From Candidatus Wolframiiraptor gerlachensis (GTDB taxonomy: Archaea; Thermoproteota; Nitrososphaeria_A; Caldarchaeales; Wolframiiraptoraceae): a DNA stretch of 24,000 nt. The DNA is taken from NCBI GenBank assembly GCA_021323375.2, contig JAJPCT020000004.1, forward strand, positions 1-24,000, in the 5' to 3' direction. Made by a program: the position numbers and the translations under genes. Within the stretch, counting starts at the first letter, position 1; every line of letters begins with the position of its first letter. Positions 1 to 7,345 of this stretch are shown here, piece by piece. The notes under the pieces were generated by a model. The model did no database searches and was not told the origin of the DNA. It was given only the letters and a program-made list of their open reading frames with translations.

Positions 1-2
1 TC

Positions 3-131
3 TACAGGGTTGAGGCCGACCAGTGGGCTAAGGTAGCGCTACTTAGGGAAGCCGGTATACCCGTACCTAAGGTCTACAGGGTCGGGGAGAGCTTCGAGGG
101 GGTGGTGATCGCTAAGCTACCGGGGGCCTAG
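3..131 (+). other. Short ORF fragment entering from the window start (ATP-grasp/kinase-like motif), possibly a gene remnant
   Basis: The frame-3 translation is YRVEADQWAKVALLREAGIPVPKVYRVGESFEGVVIAKLPGA*, with TAG at 129-131. The LLxxAGIPVPxVY pattern normally lies mid-protein in ATP-grasp or small-kinase folds, yet the frame stops here. It overlaps the 3' end of the opposing ade fragment by 20 nt. Confidence 0.25.
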
Positions 132-969
132 AGTCTAGGCCGGACTCTGTTATCGCCTTAACGGTCTCGGCCACGTCGAGCCAGGCGGACCCCTCCCTCA
201 TGTATGCATACATCCCGAGCCTGAGCCTCTCGATCGCATCGCGCTTTGTTGTCAGTTCGTGGCTCGAGGTTATTCCGGCGGCTGAGTAGGCGGCAAGCTC
301 CCTCCCGAGGAGGCCGGCATCATGCCCCTCCACGAGCTTCCCGGCTCTAAGGGCTGCAGCTATCTTGGCATGCACCTCCTCATCGCCCGCGAGAACTCCT
401 GGATAATTCATCATCTCTCCAAGCGCTATCACGCCATCCCATGAGAGGGCCTCCTCAACCTCCCTCGGCCCGAGAACTGCCCCAGCGGTCTCGAATGGCG
501 GGTTCGCTGGGACACATGATGGAACCGTGATAAAGACCTTGAGCGGGAGATTCTCAGCCTCTTGGAGTATCAGTTTAACGCCTTCTAGGCCAAGCACATT
601 GGCTATTTCATGCGGGTCTATGAAGACCGTGGTTGTCCCCCTTGGGAGAACGGCTCTCGCGAACTCCGTCAAGGTAACCATGCTACTCTCCACATGGACA
701 TGCGCATCGAGGAATCCGGGGGCGAGATACCTCCCACCAGCATCATACACCTTGGTGTCAGGGCCTATACAATGGTCTGCATCGCCGATGAGAGCTATTC
801 TATCCCCTTTAACCGCGACATCCATGCCCTCAAGAACCTCCCCCGAGTTTACGTTTACGAGGGTGCCATTCTTTATCACGAGATCCGCCTTAACCCGGCC
901 GAGTGCGACATCAACGAGAAGCCTTGTAATCTCGTGGAGCCTACTCCTCCTGCCGAGAAAACGTGCCAT
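112..969 (-). CDS. ade: Adenine deaminase-like amidohydrolase, N-terminal half only (likely truncated or pseudogenised)
   Basis: The 285-aa ORF has the adenine deaminase N-terminus (DLVIKNGTLVN...GFLDAHVHVESS HxH metal motif, EGH, SSHE). It stops at ...ESGLDSRPPVA*, just before the position where the family carries its conserved Asp motif. Full-length enzymes are roughly twice this length. Confidence 0.7.
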   Translation of the reverse strand: MARFLGRRSRLHEITRLLVDVALGRVKADLVIKNGTLVNVNSGEVLEGMDVAVKGDRIALIGDADHCIGPDTKVYDAGGRYLAPGFLDAHVHVESSMVTLTEFARAVLPRGTTTVFIDPHEIANVLGLEGVKLILQEAENLPLKVFITVPSCVPANPPFETAGAVLGPREVEEALSWDGVIALGEMMNYPGVLAGDEEVHAKIAAALRAGKLVEGHDAGLLGRELAAYSAAGITSSHELTTKRDAIERLRLGMYAYMREGSAWLDVAETVKAITESGLDSRPPVA

Positions 970-1148
970 AGTGATTATCCATCCCCTCGATTTATATCAT
1001 TTCCCGGCTTAAACCAGTATCCTATGAGATCTTGCGGTTAAGCGGCTGACAAGGAGCCCGAGTCGGCTTTCTCGGGTAAAGAGGATATGGTTTGGAGATA
1101 CTAAAATAAGGCTCCTATTTCTTCTCGATGTGAAGGGGTGTAGGCTGA

Positions 1149-1844
1149 GTGGAGACTGATGCTATTTTCGAGCCGGGCGCCGAGAAAATTAGGGTTCCTG
1201 GAGCGGTGCTGATTGAGGGGCTTCCAGGGGTCGGGCTGGTCGCGAAGGCGGCTGTAGCCTACCTCTTAATGAAGCTCGGTGGGAGGAGAATATGCAGATT
1301 CTATTCCCCATTCTTTCCATCGGTCGGCTATGTTAGGGATGGCAGGATACTTCCATACTTCGCGGACTTCTATCTCGTTGAGTCGCAGAGGCCATTAATC
1401 CTGCTCTATGGCAATGCTCAACCCTCCACATATTATGGCCAGCATGAGTTCTGCCAGCGCATCATAGAGGTCGCCGCGAACCTTGGCGTCAGATCCGTAA
1501 TAACCCTCGGAGGTTATGGTAAGGATCAGGTGAGCGATCCAAGGGTGATATACCTGTCCTCGACGAGCGAGGAGGCCGTCAAGCGGGCTCTCGAGAAGAT
1601 TGACGCGGTCCCATATGAGGGCCAGATAGTGGGCGCGGCAGGTCTCCTCATACTAATGGCCGGGGAGCTTGGCATGGAGAACCTCTCCCTCTTGATCGAG
1701 GCTGGGGACATGATCCCGGATTACCTAGCGACTAGGAGGGGGGTTGAGGCGCTGGCTAAGCTACTCGACCTAGATATAGAGATCGGCGACATCTACGACT
1801 TCTCCGTGGCCTATGAGGAGGCTGTTAAGACGCTTGAAGGCTAG
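1149..1844 (+). CDS. PAC2-family (proteasome assembly chaperone-like) protein
   Basis: The 231-aa ORF has a GTG start preceded by GGGGTG. The motif EGLPGVGLVAKAAVAYL and the overall length are typical of archaeal PAC2/DUF75 proteins. Confidence 0.7.
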   Translation: METDAIFEPGAEKIRVPGAVLIEGLPGVGLVAKAAVAYLLMKLGGRRICRFYSPFFPSVGYVRDGRILPYFADFYLVESQRPLILLYGNAQPSTYYGQHEFCQRIIEVAANLGVRSVITLGGYGKDQVSDPRVIYLSSTSEEAVKRALEKIDAVPYEGQIVGAAGLLILMAGELGMENLSLLIEAGDMIPDYLATRRGVEALAKLLDLDIEIGDIYDFSVAYEEAVKTLEG

Positions 1845-1904
1845 CGTGGGTGAAGCATATGAGCAAGACCACGGCGAGATCACATGGAATATATCTGAAA
1901 AATG

Positions 1905-3062
1905 TTAAGGAAAAAGGGAAGGGGGAGAGGCTGCTCTTAACATGTTGATTATCTTTGTCGCCTCTTGCCTCAACTCCCTCACCCTATCCGCATATTCATG
2001 TAGCCTTCTATGAAGTTCTTTAAGGATCTGTTGCTTATCCAAAATCCTCTCAGCGAATCTCTCATCCGGAATCAGTTCGCAAGCCCTGATTATACTCCTA
2101 ATGGTTGAAGTCTTCTCGATAACCCTTAGCCAATCCCAGACAGGTTTAACGAGATCGCGATCAATTTTGTCTTTCTTAATGAATCGTAAAGCAAGAATTC
2201 TTTTGACCTCCCTGAACGGTTGTAGCAACCTTAGGTTTTTCAAAAGATATTCAACAGCATTTCTCTCCGTAACAGTGAATACGTACATTGGGCGTCTTGA
2301 TTTAATAATATGTTGTGTTGATTTGATAATACGACCTTCAATAATGTGAATTTCGTTTGCGTCATAAAGTCTTGCGAAACCGTAGGGAATTGTTAATGAT
2401 TTAAAGACTTGGTGAATCGTTTTTATGGTTTCTCTTTTCCCGTTGTAGAGCTTGATTGCAAACCAGACGTGTTTTCGATCAGTATGAGTTACTGCTATAC
2501 ATCCATCTCCTGAAATTGCGCCTGATAACAGTTTTAGCCTCTCCTCATTCATGAGTTCTTTGACAGGCTTTTCTAGTTCTCGGATCCAAGACTTAGTGTC
2601 AAGATGTGCTACTAGATGCCACCACGTCATATTATCGTCCAAAATCGGTTTAACCATAGTCCACCCATATCTAGAGAAGAATCGTTGCATTCGATGAGCG
2701 AAGAAGTCCTTAGTAGTATTTACCTTCAATCTAATTGTGTATCGTTGGTAGATAACGTTGAGATCTGTAATTGACAATCCACGTACAATCTGCGCATCTT
2801 CGTCTGGAGCTCGTCGAGGTACTTTATGCCTTTTCGTGCCCATAGGTATATTTTCTCCATTAAGCCAGCGCCATATAGTGTTGCGTCGTACTCGTACTCC
2901 AGTTTTTTCTGTGATTATCCTAGCGATTTCTTCGTAACTAATCCTCCTCTTATATTTATTCATCCGTTCAAATTCCTCGAAAACCAATGAAACTATTTTT
3001 TCTTTTATTTCATCTGGTTGATCTCTATAACAATTCGTCCCCTCCATCTTTAGTATCACCAC
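1905..3062 (-). CDS. HTH + LAGLIDADG-domain protein (free-standing homing-endonuclease-like gene) in an AT-rich island
   Basis: The N-terminus has an HTH-like segment (ISYEEIARIITEKTGVRVRRNTIWRWLNG). A central LAGLIDADG-type motif (LKLLSGAISGDGCIAV) is followed by a typical beta-rich domain. A more likely ATG start is at 3047 (MEGTNCYRDQ). The region is AT-rich; for example, only 20 G+C in 2281-2340. Confidence 0.6.
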   Translation of the reverse strand: MVILKMEGTNCYRDQPDEIKEKIVSLVFEEFERMNKYKRRISYEEIARIITEKTGVRVRRNTIWRWLNGENIPMGTKRHKVPRRAPDEDAQIVRGLSITDLNVIYQRYTIRLKVNTTKDFFAHRMQRFFSRYGWTMVKPILDDNMTWWHLVAHLDTKSWIRELEKPVKELMNEERLKLLSGAISGDGCIAVTHTDRKHVWFAIKLYNGKRETIKTIHQVFKSLTIPYGFARLYDANEIHIIEGRIIKSTQHIIKSRRPMYVFTVTERNAVEYLLKNLRLLQPFREVKRILALRFIKKDKIDRDLVKPVWDWLRVIEKTSTIRSIIRACELIPDERFAERILDKQQILKELHRRLHEYADRVRELRQEATKIINMLRAASPPSLFP

Positions 3063-3583
3063 CCCCCTATTTCATCGTAGACTTCCTGCCATCCCCACCA
3101 TTCTATGGCGTCTTCCAACAGCTCGTATATCTCCGCCCTCAATCGCTCCATCAATGGTGATCCGAGCCACCTAGCGTAGAACCGGCAGAACTCGAAGACA
3201 TCATCCCTGAGTTTACCATAGCTCGTCAGCTTAACCATGAAGTCGGTCTTCGGGTCGGCTAGGAGGTCGAAGAAAGAGTCAACACAGTCTATGAGATGCT
3301 TGAAGTCTTGGAGCGCCCCGGGCCCGAGCTCCGCGAACGCGCCGCCATACCGATCCTCAACATCCCTCAGAATCCTCCTGAGGTCGGAGCCTCCATAGAC
3401 TATAAATCCCTTCCCGGCCATCCACATCACCCCCTCAAGCAGCGCCAGCAGCGGCACTATCAACGACATGGCAATCCACCATATGATCCATGGATCTATC
3501 GGCCTCGGCCACCAACCCCTCCCCCTCTTCATCCTCCTTAGACAAACCATGTCTCCCATCCTCCTCTCCTTCCATGGTTTCAC
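3056..3583 (-). CDS. Hypothetical W-rich protein with one N-terminal TM segment (ORF175)
   Basis: The ORF is 175 aa, and likelier ATG starts at 3559 or 3550 sit after a GGAGAGGAGG run. It has a hydrophobic segment WIIWWIAMSLIVPLLALLEGVMWMAG and the C-terminus AEIYELLEDAIEWWGWQEVYDEIGGW. No family was recognised. Its stop lies 9 nt before the ATG of the downstream LAGLIDADG gene. Confidence 0.5.
   Translation of the reverse strand: MKPWKERRMGDMVCLRRMKRGRGWWPRPIDPWIIWWIAMSLIVPLLALLEGVMWMAGKGFIVYGGSDLRRILRDVEDRYGGAFAELGPGALQDFKHLIDCVDSFFDLLADPKTDFMVKLTSYGKLRDDVFEFCRFYARWLGSPLMERLRAEIYELLEDAIEWWGWQEVYDEIGGW
3072..3130. repeat. Copy A of a ~60-bp conserved sequence (3' end of ORF175); its partner is at 8377-8444
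   Basis: tcatcgtaga...tcctgccatcccc(a)ccattctatggc(g)tc(t)tccaacagctcgtat matches 8377-8444, with a few substitutions, a 1-nt indel and a ~10-nt indel. Confidence 0.8.
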
Positions 3584-3610
3584 CCCCTCGGGCTCGGCCC
3601 AGCCCAGGAG

Positions 3611-3774
3611 GGCGGCGGGCCCCCCGGCGAGCAGGGGCTACTAACCCCACCCCGCAACCGGCCACCCGGAATAAAGGCCGGTATCTAGGGGTGGGGCGTT
3701 CGCCCAAACCCCCGGGGAGCTCCGCCCACCCACCGGGGCAGGCCTCATGGCTCCCTCGGGAAACCCGCCCGCCG
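3611..3774. repeat. Two degenerate, tail-to-tail copies of the GC-rich structured repeat family (E1b 3611-3653 and E1a 3688-3774), forming a long inverted repeat
   Basis: CCCCACCCC (3645-3653) and GGGGTGGGG (3688-3696) are perfect inverted repeats. They enclose CCGGCC (3658-3663) / GGCCGG (3676-3681). E1a shares GGGGTGGGGC, GGCCTCATGGC (compare E2 GGCCTTTATGGC) and CCGCCCGCCG with the full copies. E1b shares GGCGGCGGGC and GGCTACTA...CCCCACCCC with the reverse complement of E3. Confidence 0.55.
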
Positions 3775-4069
3775 AAAGCCTTGCCAACACCCTCCAGGGA
3801 ATTTCAAAGAGTTCTAATCGGATATAATCGGTCGGAGGCTTTTTCTTTCCCCCTCTCGCAGGTAAAAATTTCTTTCAGCTCAGGCACGGTAGAGGAATCC
3901 CTAAATCTAATGTATGAAACTTTCGAGACTTATAAGGCTTCGCCCCTGACCTAGTTTATATGGGTCTAACACATTAAGTTTAGATCTCTATTGACCACGA
4001 TATAGCTAATAGTAATGATGGGAAGAGGGTAGTATAGGAGGTCTTGAAAAATATGGGGGTTGATAATAG

Positions 4070-4762
4070 ATGAGTAGAGAGGTTGAGAAAATTAAGACCA
4101 TCGTTCTCGAGACGTTCTTTGGAACTGCTGAGGTCGGCTTATTCTCGGTGGCGACTGAGAAGATCTGCCTAGTCCCACCACAGCTTAAGCCGAGGCAGAA
4201 GAGGCTGATAAGAGGCGTGCTCGAGGTCGAGGTTATCCCAACGACGATCGCCGGCTCGATACTGTTATCGGCCTTTGCGACGGGCAATAGCAACGGCCTC
4301 CTCCTATCAAACCTAGTCTTGGAGGAGGAGCTTGGCGTAATTAAGAAGCACGTCGGCGACATGAACCTCGCTGTGGTGGAGGGGAAGTATACGGCGATAG
4401 GAAACCTCGTTCTGGCGAATGATCGGGCAGCTCTCGTGAGCGATATTCTCCCAAAGAGCGCTGTGAAGATGATAGAAGATGCTCTAGGCGTCGAGGTTGT
4501 AGTTGGGAGGATCGCGGATAGAAGTTATGTCGGCTCGCTCGCGGTAATAACGAACACTGGCGGCCTAATCTTCGTCGAGGCATCAGAGGAAGAGGAGAAG
4601 ATGCTCTCAGAGCTATTTAAGGTCGAGGTGGTACCGGGCACTGTGAATAATGGCGTAAAGTTCGTTAGAAGTGGGATACTCGCAAATAGCAAGGGCGCTA
4701 TCGTGGGGTCACTAACCACAGGCCCAGAGCTCATGACGATATCTAGAGCTCTCGGGGTCTAA
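4070..4762 (+). CDS. eif6: Translation initiation factor 6 (aIF6)
   Basis: The 230-aa ORF has the pentein-repeat aIF6 pattern (GTAEVGLFSVATEK, IPTTIAGSILLSAFATGNSNGLLL, YTAIGNLVLANDRAALVS, SYVGSLAVITNTGGLI, VNNGVKFVRSGILANSKGAIVG). Confidence 0.9.
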   Translation: MSREVEKIKTIVLETFFGTAEVGLFSVATEKICLVPPQLKPRQKRLIRGVLEVEVIPTTIAGSILLSAFATGNSNGLLLSNLVLEEELGVIKKHVGDMNLAVVEGKYTAIGNLVLANDRAALVSDILPKSAVKMIEDALGVEVVVGRIADRSYVGSLAVITNTGGLIFVEASEEEEKMLSELFKVEVVPGTVNNGVKFVRSGILANSKGAIVGSLTTGPELMTISRALGV

Positions 4763-4773
4763 AGCCAGCCCAT

Positions 4774-5097
4774 CTAAAAGTATATCTGGACGTGCGGGAT
4801 ATTCCCGAATCTTATAATAGCCCTCTCCGGCACAATACCCTTCTCCACCATGTAGGATACAGCTACTTCGCCCAACAGGTTAAGGATCTTCGCCTGAATT
4901 ATGTACTTGTCGAGCTCATCTCGCGCGATTAGGGCACCGCCGTAGAATGCCTCGCTCACCTCCACCGTGAAGCCCTCGCTTACCTCAATCTTCTTCCCGA
5001 GAAGCTCCTCATCGCAAACGGCGACAACGGTCTCGCCAGTCTTCGAATGGTGAACCTTGACCCACACCCTATCCGACGGCATCCCTCTCCACGTCAA
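4774..5097 (-). CDS. DUF424-family protein
   Basis: The 107-aa ORF contains VKVHHSKTGETVVAVCDEELLGK...SEAFYGG...LNLLGE...GNIPHVQIY, which is typical of the archaeal DUF424/COG2412 family. The start may be the internal Met at 5082. Confidence 0.65.
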   Translation of the reverse strand: MTWRGMPSDRVWVKVHHSKTGETVVAVCDEELLGKKIEVSEGFTVEVSEAFYGGALIARDELDKYIIQAKILNLLGEVAVSYMVEKGIVPERAIIRFGNIPHVQIYF

Positions 5098-5160
5098 GGG
5101 TGGTGGCGCGCGAATATAAGTTTCTCGGAAAGATTCAAAAACTCTCTTCCGGAATTACCC

Positions 5161-5901
5161 ATGATCCTCATGGAGGAGGCGTCGAAGGAGGAGCTGATGA
5201 GGAGGATCGCGGGCGAGATAATCCTCTCGGAGAGCCCAGGCCGCGTCATGAGGAAGTGGAGGTCGCTCTTCGAACTCACCCAAGCCGAGGTCGCAAGGCT
5301 CATGAGGATCTCACCGTCAGTCCTCAGCGACTACGAGAATGATAGGCGGAAATCCCCGGGAACAGTGTTCGTGAGGAGATTCGTCCAAGCCCTGATAGAG
5401 GCGGATGAGCTGAGGGGTGGACAGCAGGTGAGAAAATACGCAGTCTTCTACAGGAGTCTGAGCGCGGCAGTGATGGATCTAGATGAGTTCGAGTCTCCGA
5501 GAACAGTTAAGGAGATTGTCTCGGCTGTTAGAGGCGAGGTCCTCGCGGGTGAAGGTCTCCTCGATATGCCGATCTATGGCTACACGGTCATCGACAGCAT
5601 CAAGGCAATAAAGCTCCTCGACGCATACGACTTCCTCCACCTCTTCGGTAGGAACCCGATGAGGGCTCTTATATTCACCTCCGTGACGCGCGGTAGGTCG
5701 CCCATGGTTGCGGCAAGGCTTTACCCGATAAAGCCTAAGCTGATCATAATACATGGGCCGAGGAGGGAGCAGGTGGATAGGCTGGCGATAGAGCTCGCTG
5801 AGCTGGAGAAAATTTGCTTCGCATTATCAACACTCCCAACTGTTGAGGAGCTCATAAATGGACTCAGGTCTCTCAGGGCCGCCGGGCGTGAGGAGAGATG
5901 A
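5161..5901 (+). CDS. HTH (XRE-type) transcriptional regulator, archaeal COG1395-like
   Basis: The HTH segment is LFELTQAEVARLMRISPSVLSDYENDRRKSPG, followed by a conserved C-terminal domain. ATG at 5161 is preferred over the track start at 5047, which would overlap the divergent DUF424 gene. The stop overlaps the next gene's ATG (ATGA at 5898-5901). Confidence 0.7.
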   Translation: MILMEEASKEELMRRIAGEIILSESPGRVMRKWRSLFELTQAEVARLMRISPSVLSDYENDRRKSPGTVFVRRFVQALIEADELRGGQQVRKYAVFYRSLSAAVMDLDEFESPRTVKEIVSAVRGEVLAGEGLLDMPIYGYTVIDSIKAIKLLDAYDFLHLFGRNPMRALIFTSVTRGRSPMVAARLYPIKPKLIIIHGPRREQVDRLAIELAELEKICFALSTLPTVEELINGLRSLRAAGREER

Positions 5902-6818
5902 AGCCGATAAAGGATATCCGGCTATCCCCCGGGATAAAGGTCTCAGAGCTTGTCGAGCAGTTTAGGGAGGCTGGAGGCTTCTCGGCCAAGTAGCTTGGCA
6001 TCGCCGCCAGCATCCTCAAGGAGATGATCGGTGATAAGAAGTGTGTGAAGTTCATATCATTCGTCGGTGCTCTGGTCGCGACGGGCATCAGGAGTGTAAT
6101 CGCGGAGGCGATCAAACGAGGCATGTTCGATGTAATAATCACGACATGCGGCGCCATAGATCATGATATAGCCCGATCCCTAGGCCAATACTATGATGGG
6201 GACTTCTGGATGGATGATGAAGAGCTGAGAGGCAGGGGGATACATAGGCTTGGAAGCGTCTTGATACCCCTAGACTCCTATGGCCCGGTGATAGAGCGCT
6301 TCCTGCAGAATGTTCTTGAGGAGGCGTATTTGGATGGCATGAGGGAGCTAGCGAGCTATGAAGTCTGCGAGCTGATAGGTGAGAAGATTCAGGATGAGGA
6401 GAGCATACTATACTGGGCGCATAGAAGGGGTGTAAAGGTATTCGTCCCGGGGATAATGGATGGGGCAGTTGGCACGCAACTCTGGCTATTCCAGCAGAAG
6501 CATAGGGACTTCAGGCTAAACCTCTTCAAAGATGCTGATGAGCTCGCGGGCATAATTTTCAAGGCCGAAAGGACTGGGGCGCTGATGATCGGCGGCGGCA
6601 TCTCGAAGCATCATACATTATGGTGGAACCAGTTTAAGGAGGGCCTCGACTACGCGATCTACCTAACCACGGCCTGCGAGTATGATGGGAGCCTCAGTGG
6701 CGCCCGGGTCCACGAGGCGGTCTCATGGATGAAGGTTAAGGCTGGCGCAAGGAAGGTAACGGTCTACGGGGATGCGACAATAACCCTGCCACTCATAATA
6801 GCAGCCGCGATGGAGTAG
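5898..6818 (+). CDS. dys: Deoxyhypusine synthase, interrupted by an in-frame TAG at 5991-5993
   Basis: The downstream 264-aa ORF (6024-6818) has DHS hallmarks (VIITTCGAIDHDI, GIHRLGSVLIP, PGIMDGAVG, GGGISKHH, EYDGSLSGA, EAVSWMK). The 31 codons from ATG 5898 (MKPIKDIRLSPGIKVSELVEQFREAGGFSAK) are in the same frame and align with the conserved GFQAxxLG N-terminal motif. The TAG sits at a residue position within that motif. Confidence 0.85.
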
Positions 6819-6821
6819 CCG

Positions 6822-7256
6822 CTATCCACTCATCTCTCGGCTCTTAATTACATCAGCCTTCACAAGCTTCAAGTGTAGTATGCCATTCACGTAAGAGCTC
6901 TCGAGAAGCCTAACCCTACATGGGAGCTTTATCTTCCTCCTGAAGCCCCCTCCACCCCTAAGAAACACCTTATTTTCCAAGACCTCGAAGGAGACCTCGC
7001 TCTCGGGGCCCGGGACCTCAGCCGTCACACTTATCAAGCTATCCTCCTCATGAACCTCGACCGGATATCTCTTCAGCTGCTTCGAGCCCTCCAGCGCCCT
7101 CTTAATCTCCCTAAACCAGTAGAATCCCAAGATCACTAGGATTCCCGCGAGTATGAGGCCTAGGAGGCCCCTCTGAAGCCTCGCCAATACAGCTAGCCCT
7201 AGAAGCCCGAGGACCAGGAGTAGTACCACGAGTGAGAGGCTGCTCCTCGTGGACAA
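6822..7256 (-). CDS. Membrane-anchored small heat-shock protein (Hsp20/alpha-crystallin domain)
   Basis: Two N-terminal hydrophobic segments are followed by an ACD-like region (VEVHEEDSLISVTAEVPGPESEVSFEVLENKVFLRG...RKIKLP...SSYVNGILHLKLVK). Confidence 0.6.
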   Translation of the reverse strand: MSTRSSLSLVVLLLVLGLLGLAVLARLQRGLLGLILAGILVILGFYWFREIKRALEGSKQLKRYPVEVHEEDSLISVTAEVPGPESEVSFEVLENKVFLRGGGGFRRKIKLPCRVRLLESSYVNGILHLKLVKADVIKSREMSG

Positions 7257-7345
7257 GGCCGGAATTCCTATCTAAGTTTTATGGCTGCTTAGGCTTAAAC
7301 CTATGCCTCTTTATTCTCAACAACCCTTCTCAGCCTAAACTTGGT

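Noticed and set aside
527-1041. Plus-strand ORFs 527..1012 and 610..1041, antisense to the adenine deaminase fragment.
   Set aside because: These are shadow ORFs of a recognisable gene on the other strand. The same reasoning rejects 1526..1711, 2101..2349, 4006..4362, 4341..4734, 5094..5303, 5479..5754, 5873..6157, 6389..6601, 9127..9666, 9970..10176, 10532..10942, 11375..12084, 12126..13778 (plus-strand set), 14328..14636, 15218..15502, 16203..16478, 17422..17619, 17977..18270, 19705..20010, 20155..21554 (minus-strand set), 22187..23477 (minus-strand set) and 23488..23930.
1104-1125. AAGGCTCCTATTTCTTC (and AGGCTTTTTCTTTCCCC at 3833-3853), which resemble the reconstructed 19-nt target AGGCTTAAACCTATTTCCC.
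   Set aside because: The matches are only partial and gapped, and they are pyrimidine-rich and low in information. They cannot be distinguished from chance without a genome-wide search.
3631-3653. A tRNA-like anticodon stem-loop (GGGG-CTACTAA-CCCC) that might mark a tRNA integration target.
   Set aside because: The stem has only 4 pairs. The implied anticodons (ACU or AGU with A34) are implausible for archaea. No acceptor, D or T arm (no GGTTCRAATCC-type T-loop) can be built on either strand. No tRNA was found anywhere in the window.
3584-3800. The possibility that the GC-rich regions (also 7346-7496 and 18780-18916) are SRP RNA or RNase P RNA.
   Set aside because: I could not find the RNase P CR-I GAGGAAAGUCC-type motif or an SRP helix-8 GGAAG...AGCA-type motif on either strand. 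Multiple copies per 24 kb also argue against single-copy housekeeping RNAs.
3435-3954. Track ORFs 3435..3707 (-) and 3490..3954 (+), which encode Pro/Arg/Gly/Ser-rich polypeptides.
   Set aside because: They lie in the extremely GC-rich repeat region. They are low-complexity, overlap each other and ORF175, and have no start context. They are best explained as by-products of the GC-rich structured repeats.
5047-5160. The 38-codon N-terminal extension of the HTH regulator given in the ORF track.
   Set aside because: It would overlap the divergent DUF424 gene by about 50 nt, and the extension (MVNLDPHPIRRHPSPRQGWWRANISF...) looks non-proteinaceous. ATG 5161 gives a normal N-terminus.
5991-5993. 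Reading the in-frame TAG in deoxyhypusine synthase as pyrrolysine or a reassigned codon.
   Set aside because: TAG terminates several well-defined genes in this window (stops at 1842-1844, 6816-6818, 15201-15203 and 18470-18472). No pyl genes are visible. An error, a nonsense mutation or read-through is more parsimonious.
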